This document shows, piece by piece, positions 55,001-57,673 of a stretch of 57,673 nucleotides of DNA; position 1 is the stretch's first letter; the number at the start of each line of letters is the position of its first letter. Where the stretch lies: the IMG/VR virus record IMGVR_UViG_3300025502_000006. One strand, written 5' to 3'. Position numbers and translations under genes: made by a program. This stretch comes from an uncultured virus (IMG/VR IMGVR_UViG_3300025502_000006). Its lineage: Duplodnaviria > Heunggongvirae > Uroviricota > Caudoviricetes. Below the pieces are notes generated by a model. The model ran no database searches. It was not told where the DNA came from and worked only from the letters and a program-made list of their open reading frames with translations.

Positions 55001-57673
55001 ACAGCGACACCAATATATAGAAGCAGTGACGGCATAATATGGACAACTAACTCATCAGCATTAACTATACCCGCTGTACAATTAAACAGTGTAGCATATA
55101 GAAATAATTATTTTGTTGCAGTTGGTGATGAAATCGTACAAAGCGATGATAGTTATGCTTGGCTTTCACGCAAAACATACGACACTGAATTAGCAGTTAC
55201 TCTATACGGAGTACAATCAGTTGACACGAGTGGCTTTGCTGGATTCATTGCAGTAGGTAAGGGAAAGAAAAAGGATTATTCAACCGGTCTGACTGAACTT
55301 ATAGACACAAATATTATTGTTTACAGTTACGAAGCAACTGGTGAATTCTGGCAGGATGGCCCATCATTAACTCCAAACGGATTCAACGCTGTTGATAGTG
55401 ATGGAACGATTGCCTTAGTCGTTGGTGAAAATAACGTAGTCTATCAAACCAACAACGGTGGATCTTGGACAGGCGTAAATGAGGTTAGCGTTGTCTCTGT
55501 TAACTCAGTGACAGATCAAATCAACTCTACAAGCACAGCAGGTTTTCTGAACAGTGACCAAATAGTATTTTCGGATTCATTCAGTTCTTTGACTGCTGGC
55601 GTAGTGTATTATGTAAAAGTAATAAGCAGTACTCAAGTTGAGATATACTCAAATGTAGGATTGTCAACTCAAATCACATTGATAGATGATGTGATACCTT
55701 TACAGTGCAGAATGTCTCTGTATGATTCTACTGCTCAAACATTAAGAGATGTTATCTATGCTGATAGCATTTGGATGACAGTTGGAGACAACGGCCGAAT
55801 ACAAACATCGGCTGATGGATTGATTTGGACAACTCAAACATCAGGTACAACTAGTGACTTAAACGGAATTAACTATAATTCAGATACTGACGCATTTATT
55901 GTAGTTGGTGATGATAACACAATCATACAATCAACTGATGCTGGTGTAACCTGGATATCAACCAGTGTCTTTACTGTAGCAGAACCTATCTATGATGTCA
56001 AGGGCGCAGATTTCTCATACGGCTACGGTCCAGAAGAATTAGTTCCTGGATTAATCAAAGATAATCTCACAATGACAGTTGCTTCACGTCCTGGAACAGT
56101 TTGGGACGTTACAGAATACTCTCACGTAGGATACAATGTAGTATCTAATATAATGGGACCAACAACTGAATTCCAAGTTGATTATAGTTTCGATCAAATG
56201 GTTCAATATCCAATAAATCTTAGTCTGCAAATAATCGATGCTACTACTGGACTAGGAACAACCCTGGCAAAAAGCAATTACACTATTAACTGGTTGACTA
56301 AAGTAATAACACTAGACACTGCGCTGACATTCTTGCCGATGCAAACCTTGCGTATTGATGTTTATGAAGTAGGCAATGGTAATCAACTGGTCAAGGGATC
56401 AACTGACACTGACGCTATCAGAACAGTTGATGAAACTGGATTTGATGACATCTATGTAAACTGTAATTACAGTTCAACTTTCTTTCAAGGTTCAGGTCTT
56501 ATAAGAACAGGCTCACATGCAATCGAAACACTAGCGACACAGACCGTAGCAGACGGTGATATAATAGTGTGTGATAGTGTTACTGACTTCACGATAAATG
56601 ATGATATATCATTCCAAGGAGTTGTATTTGGAAATATTGTTGGTGATACCACTTATTATGTTAAATCAATTTCAACTGCGACCAGTTCTATTACTATATC
56701 AGAATCAATCGTTAGTGGACAGGCTGGTCCAACATTTATATTAGTCGATGCAACAGGTTCAATGATAGTTAATATTGACACTGGTACTGGTACTGTCTGG
56801 ACTGATCCAATCGTTTATCATAACGGTAACAAACTTGTACTTGGTAGAACTAACTCAGTCAGTAGAACTAAGGCAAGTAACAATGCAATCACGACAGGTA
56901 CAACTGTTGGCTTGGTTGTAGGTAGCAGAATCTACTTTGCCGCGACAATGTTTGGAGATGTTACACCGAACACAGAATATTATGTTAAAGCTATCATTGA
57001 CGGTGATGAATTTACAATTTCTGAAACTATAGGCGGCCCTGAAGCAACACTTATAGACGCATCAGGTGTATCAGCTTACGTATCAAATGATTATGCTATA
57101 GCACAACAACCAAATGGTATACAAGCAAAACTTGTCTTCGGTCCTCCTAATTCGTATACAAACGAGACCGACTACATCGTGTATTCATTGTTCGGTGAGT
57201 CAGCTACGGCAACACAATACGGATACTCAGTTCCTGAAATACAAGAATTTACAGGTAATGGTTCAAGTGCATCATTTGCGTTAACTAACTATGTTGGAGA
57301 TAACAACATTACGAATGCAATTGTTGAAGTTGCTGGCTTAAGACAAACTAGATCCCAGTACACGATCAGCTCGGGCCTAAACACAATATTGTTTAACTCC
57401 CCTCCAGCTATTGGAGCAAGTATTTCGGTACTAACCTACAATGATACTATGAGACAGTATCTAACATCTCAGTATGGCATCTCGGGCATCGCAGGCAGTG
57501 CATTCACAACAATAACTGTTACTGCTACCACGCACACAGAAGGTACATTTGATCAAGGTGTGGCCACACTCGCTGGAGATTTTAATATAGGCACTGAGTA
57601 TACAATTGTAAGTACAGGTACAACAGACTTCACATTAATTGGAGCCGCAAATAGCACACCAGGGACAGTCTTT
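40037..57673 (+). CDS. Giant modular virion protein, partial (at least 5,879 aa; baseplate wedge gp7 position)
   Basis: ATG at 40037 (MSRIRTVDFLPEIFKT). In-frame protein-like sequence was spot-checked at 47627, 53012 and 57572-57673. The ORF track lists no closed long ORF here, consistent with no in-frame stop before the window end. Confidence 0.9.
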   Translation, partial: MSRIRTVDFLPEIFKTSTNTQFLGATLDQLVNPPKTERLQGYVGSEFGYGVNAKDYYVTEPNKTRTDYQLSPGVAFLNNNQASAKDFLSYPELIDAIKLKGGVTLNNSRLFESQFYSWDSFTALDKLINFNQYYWIPAGPPVVTVASAIVFSETDYKVTDTASAYNVKLLGASSGTLNPTVTLLRGGTYRFAVDQETQFWIQGVPGTTGLSGAQDTRQVLGVNNNGATDGYVSFTVPARNAQDQFLFPGNNLVGVVSTALFADVNGKTLSELGSIDGVTSLENLSVMFYDTGEENEVGFVSSFFDESGANYDVNLTSPDLVPAVTLEITETVAGGTNKLITSGVTTDLVPNQTITFSSSAGAPLLGGLSLDTIYYVKSIVSATEFTVSLTLNGPAQTLTANTGTMIGNVNEGLFDEGFYTNVSENYYTITYVGDSSDPTIRLIPAGVIPSDEKITVSFGTAYIGLDFYRSLVGILLRVPYLSALLDTLYYQDGTFANKVGMIKLIDSNLTNTLDVTTDIIGQKTFTSTNGVVFTNGLKIQFDGDVSPTSYLTGEYYVAGVGEAIELVSTTDLTVPEDFTGTNYIPYDSLNYSIGNFDTELFIPVTPDYITIARDAINRNAWSRSNRWFHVDVINATATYNNDPTIITTYATGAAKAKRPIVEFYPNLKLFDSGSEAKAPVDFVDTRTTNAFDKVANQAQYYPDIESYTLYTATIAASSGATSTTITIATTDITSPLQVGQYITDSTNLLPINTTITTSVVSGDNTILTVGWSSPSTFASTTVASIVGSGTTVNNYALFSGARIVFASDTNLQVKNKIWVVGFSVISFGSPAVITLTESEDSPINADNQTVALRGFNYQGSTFWFDGLSWQEAQQKSTVNQAPLFDIYDKDGISFGDATIYQGTSFLGNKLFAYGVGVGTNDPILGFPVRYSDISNAGDISFDISLNVDIFSYVTGTTPVTAKVNTGYVYNYSDRTTKTRELGWQTAIAPSVQYQIFELEYNTGSTASFTCDVQVLADDVTITEKWPSAQVYINNVYQLPSAYTITSTATETTVTLNTAPTTDTPIQILLLSNQTSETAYYSIPINLSNNPFNADLEIADLGDIRSQYQDIFVNAPGTAGAVFGSNNYRDLGNLAPYGTKIIQNSAAVVLPSVFLRRSNHNLFDALQFNAHQYVQYKQQLVKTVNDIDWDQRFDPGYILDTALEKLTSAKSETGSFFWSDMLPSQAPHKSNIYTFANALQESIYPLSQTYDFTKANYNGVLVYLIRTVSGVTKTTQLVRNVDYTVSTSAPSLTVTEDLIAGDKITINEYTQTYGSFVPNTPSKLGMYPKWKPEVVLDSNYQTPTYMLRGHDGSYTSLYSLDYTPAVGLTDFRDQALLEFETRIYNNIKLSTVVPIQAYEVLPGFFRASTYSTEDYLKIYSSQFLNWAGQNRIDYKTQTGYTKTNQFSFNYSEQGNRLTETPITQGYWRGVYEYFYGTSQPNTAPWEMLGFSEIPSWWTAQYGPAPYTNQNGIMWTDIEAGLIYNGSTALSVTVPELKRTGLSKILPVDEHGTLLSPFDALLGNYDTNTFQKNWKVGDDAPAEFSYRRSASYPFDLMRIFALTKPADFFNLGADLDNYKYSTEFNQYLANDRSHLDISAISIYGDGTAKTSYINWIVDFEKQQGTDATTEITSQLRNVDVRLIYRLAGFSDKTLLKFFVEKATPNSDNASLLLPDESYNVLLHDNQPSGDLKYSSVVIQLVSNGWKVFGNSQSQAYFTIDQPITISNNRTIAVDNASVKVANAYTQTETKEKLIPYGTQFYTIQELAQFLASYGNWLTRKGMVFDSIDNGVEINWDIMIKEYLYWTQFNWENGSLITVNPSAQSLKIEKDSEIVQPLTIEQSNFLLNQNAYPIAIKDLAIERLDTKFEVKTLNSGDTMSYGQFNLSNMEHGIVFDNTTVFNDVLYNLITGLRQSRIYLRGSKTAEWNGTVFASGFILNQDNVVEWVPAMKYAKGTIVTYKAKYWTAIKTIEPSAVFAELDWVETDYDQIQKGLLPNSSTRSYESTLYYDSTKANLESDADQLSFSLIGFRPRDYLATINLTDITQVNVYKNLIKTKGTPNSISAFKGAKLATGGIDYDVFENWGILSGEFGGTLNNNFADFKLNETKLTGNPSIVSLTTGTPTIGSQQEVPLGNLFNYSRPITSPQILSTLGVESPLSLYPTAGFVNYNDVKMASYYYANLPTARNAEAIPVPINDFYVRDFVWLANFKENWRVYAWKPVGRVTAVTPNTDNTTTITFANPHGLSKLDPVSFINVSSTVNGYHIITRVNTLTEVTINLTLAEQPQNLAGNGIGLTFVDQRVAKPADINTMDLNEAEFTQNTVWVDEATDGQWGVYRKSINYDLTKNLNRADGQTFGSAVAYTARMGYLIGDSTAGKVYRYGYNTATKEFDLDAGSTLTGSLSFGSKIEYSGNLFVITEPDNGTSGLAQSKVRIYTLNDTVLSDDITLLQTITFAGNYADSIALSDDKEWLYIGDTTTSGRIRAYRRQHIPLLAGFFETTETYEITSVGTTDWKAIGALDNKVGIVFVATGVGSGTGTANQITYQALPTTIEGSTAPVSAITGDNFGYAISTDNNGDTISVSAPNKASPTAKSNWGSNYIYSRLVQNIETQYNAQPAQPYNFNQAWTTLHVARTANDVTSNVITFVGTAITADFTNRPVVFNVGGTYGDSGISPNQVYYMQYISAQSFSLKTTRSTIDVITLVDDATADFILYDQADSLHVSVNGTFVDDNNYASIGTIFRYFGSLIAGDIVTVGSNVFTWVQTMNSSLDERVGTQFGYDNAMTSFGSEILVGAPGEIRIAGEVQTDGSVYRYTNGGGKYGTVIGTGDCTLTADRKLLINGYLVQLVSGSTATEIASLINEYSITNVVASATVDNKLVISVTNTNLALINEKLLLQAPNTDTFGELGIPVYTNTQVITAPHNESRTLFGNTIEFNESDSVVISAPASTRYLGTTFDFIDDSNLDNDTLFDNNATRFVDTWDNAGAVYMYDYLANYNGSVANSGKFVYAQNINNTDQNYGFQPLYGTSLDFSDNKVVIGTPNLSYGDLEGQITVYENASGLKDWALHRQSSAVVDINKIQNAQIYSAETNDTLINLDYIDPMQGKLLGAVRENLDFVNNVDPAYYNAELGGVNAGLIWGIRQVGNLWFDTTNVRWLNYHQNDVEYNARHWGRVFPGSRVSVCTWVRSNVSPDRYTGPGTPRSLTQYSVEASLNASNTVIPTYYFWVLNTDTVMSAEGKTLSDTTLENYIRNPRLSGIAYFVPLLQNTFALYNTGEYVNNTDSVFHIGFATGNNDDPSHQEFNLIRANFSDDFLPGLPKFGVQTPSNSPRGLYDRLLDSLSGVDEIGEVVPNPYLPKAVQSGVLSRPRQSFFFSRFLGLENYLNYANTVLAQFPIAETRQDATYLSKTGTYYDTTTYWEYVNWWLPTTNPVGQYNNNTKSTASVAIYADLAALVVDAGTIVTVETNGNGKWEVYRFDGNGVWTRIGLENGTIKFKIYLWDYAAGKTGFGENFFDTDTYDDYPSEETRWIIRALNEQIYIDELVSFRNKSLIILFEYIQSETDESQNYLPWLTKTSLVDVSHVIRDLEPIQNYQGDNQDFLAGYINEAKPYHVVIKDFLFKYTGLDTWQGNVTDFDLPAEYQTSSLSYVSPQLVYQNANSNAQFLPIDPIWSSPQYTSWYNNYGVSITGIPDYQLTVLGEYMTLGSTFLFVDNAQGFPINGIIQIGTEIIGYSSVDRALNLLSGLQRGINGTTAVAHIPGAKVFMDLPAVIVLDGGKNYIEPPEITAYIDTTNYPEPRVLAQLEAVMSVGSVISVNVINPGEGYAVLPEIRIAPADQLFFANADINSTLHTIKLFAPNIMTGDLIQYKDAIAGAAVGKLVNDQWYYINVLETNPTTIVALYTNYNDAVTETSRVKLVAGTVDGDFALNIGAKASAITSSSPVRQNQLAMRFDRTTYKSQITDWETNVYYGSFFAGGYFNSENVSSSSISLQASQPPITSIAASAEGAIFEIADISNNQDILYTTFARRVTNTTATGNKITLNPYDEGTGAVNSSGSTIGFTVGMPIKFSGATIGNIIAGTVYYVKSVDSITEFTISATNGGTTFVVTDATAPLSGIDAFAGEVTDTAVLTLNYPGMLIVTATASTSNKITIPQSIIGTGGTDGFYPGIPLFFTGTTFGGILEDDVYYVTTVVDNETITLGASATSVSTTVLGTTTSTNVVTVSSTTGFAVNDAVIFNNMRNLSTNLVALSYGGIVSGTLYYVNEVVSDTELKIATQINAGVLALSDAFLIDAGSFTIGNTYQIVTVGTTIFTDIGAINNTVGTVFIATGVGAGTGVATSTTALLGNQKDTLDLTTATGAMTMNVSLPIAPGQVTGQQFTLYNTSSFYSDITTGVLSNTIDRACYATLEGDVGEGTNDRIALSSVDKGTVNFYVGMPLEFNTVPVGSGLATGTTYYVRDFSDSDDKTTYISVSCSNTSSSTNEITCLDTSSLWVNMPIIFSGIGLGNIIIGDQYYIKTIVNATRFTIATTPADSAYVLLTDNGAMTGTGSPWIRLNDISDAIIPISANTTTVFSLTQTPTTSAIVDMAFKLGGYRAILSNAGVGYAITNKITISGAEIGGTAPENDATLEVNTISSTGAITSLIVSGDPADKVTQYFLKITTANQLEVYSDARMTVPVSGIGFDFVGFTSTDVVETFEPSNKIELTDISGFAVNDEIVFMGTIPVDGGGNPYFASTTTTSYYIKTIDTADDTIQISLDPGGSVINVAVSSVSPITGLTIAKAGSYAFLPEPFYFNQSIVKYLNRVYRCTISNNDTEFVIGKWEELRSDDRVLNALDRVEGYYRPTVNMPGLDLTQLFSGVTYPNAVYLGNAFAPEDQYSIDTELKGQDFYPTGVSITSVLWDGTNYFASSNLSTYSGLLTSGAGTNWTIKQIASSVVGITDIVLGAGIYVMSSTNTATPIYRSSDGIIWTTNSSALTIPAVQLNSVAYRNNYFVAVGDEIVQSDDSYAWLSRKTYDTELAVTLYGVQSVDTSGFAGFIAVGKGKKKDYSTGLTELIDTNIIVYSYEATGEFWQDGPSLTPNGFNAVDSDGTIALVVGENNVVYQTNNGGSWTGVNEVSVVSVNSVTDQINSTSTAGFLNSDQIVFSDSFSSLTAGVVYYVKVISSTQVEIYSNVGLSTQITLIDDVIPLQCRMSLYDSTAQTLRDVIYADSIWMTVGDNGRIQTSADGLIWTTQTSGTTSDLNGINYNSDTDAFIVVGDDNTIIQSTDAGVTWISTSVFTVAEPIYDVKGADFSYGYGPEELVPGLIKDNLTMTVASRPGTVWDVTEYSHVGYNVVSNIMGPTTEFQVDYSFDQMVQYPINLSLQIIDATTGLGTTLAKSNYTINWLTKVITLDTALTFLPMQTLRIDVYEVGNGNQLVKGSTDTDAIRTVDETGFDDIYVNCNYSSTFFQGSGLIRTGSHAIETLATQTVADGDIIVCDSVTDFTINDDISFQGVVFGNIVGDTTYYVKSISTATSSITISESIVSGQAGPTFILVDATGSMIVNIDTGTGTVWTDPIVYHNGNKLVLGRTNSVSRTKASNNAITTGTTVGLVVGSRIYFAATMFGDVTPNTEYYVKAIIDGDEFTISETIGGPEATLIDASGVSAYVSNDYAIAQQPNGIQAKLVFGPPNSYTNETDYIVYSLFGESATATQYGYSVPEIQEFTGNGSSASFALTNYVGDNNITNAIVEVAGLRQTRSQYTISSGLNTILFNSPPAIGASISVLTYNDTMRQYLTSQYGISGIAGSAFTTITVTATTHTEGTFDQGVATLAGDFNIGTEYTIVSTGTTDFTLIGAANSTPGTVF

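Noticed and set aside
1..57673. Stop-codon reassignment (no called gene ends in TAG)
   Set aside because: Genes are full length under code 11 with TAA or TGA stops and are not fragmented by TAG. TAG avoidance is common in AT-rich phages.

Overview
This is a 57.7-kb, AT-rich segment of a large T4-superfamily myovirus genome. Gene content and order resemble the distant 'jumbo' T4-like phages such as the Rak2/GAP32/Atu_ph07 types; this assignment is from recognition, not from a database search. Left to right it contains: five paralogous repeat-rich tail-fibre-like genes (- strand, the first truncated by the window edge); a degenerate HNH/Zn-finger gene; a two-gene accessory cassette with a perfect sigma70 promoter; the head module (gp23 capsid, gp22 scaffold, gp21 protease, two core proteins, gp20 portal); a tape-measure gene with a divergent gp26-like/chaperone pair; a ~500-bp non-coding interval; a Holliday-junction resolvase, gp46, gp47 and the gp55 late sigma factor; and a baseplate operon ending in a giant ORF of at least 5,879 codons that is missing from the supplied ORF track. 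The best candidates for undescribed biology are four. (1) A densely base-paired ~350-nt minus-strand RNA-like element at ~24112-24465, flanked by 21-bp direct repeats on one side and an A/T-rich tract plus GAA-loop hairpins on the other (candidate ncRNA or RNA-primed origin). (2) A canonical -1 frameshift signal (T TTT TTC, 6-nt spacer, ~13-bp hairpin) joining the gp26-like gene to the next ORF, like lambda gpG/gpGT. (3) TAAATA late promoters exactly 5 nt before ATGs, implying leaderless late mRNAs. (4) A symmetric face-to-face late promoter pair shared by the tape measure and its putative chaperones.
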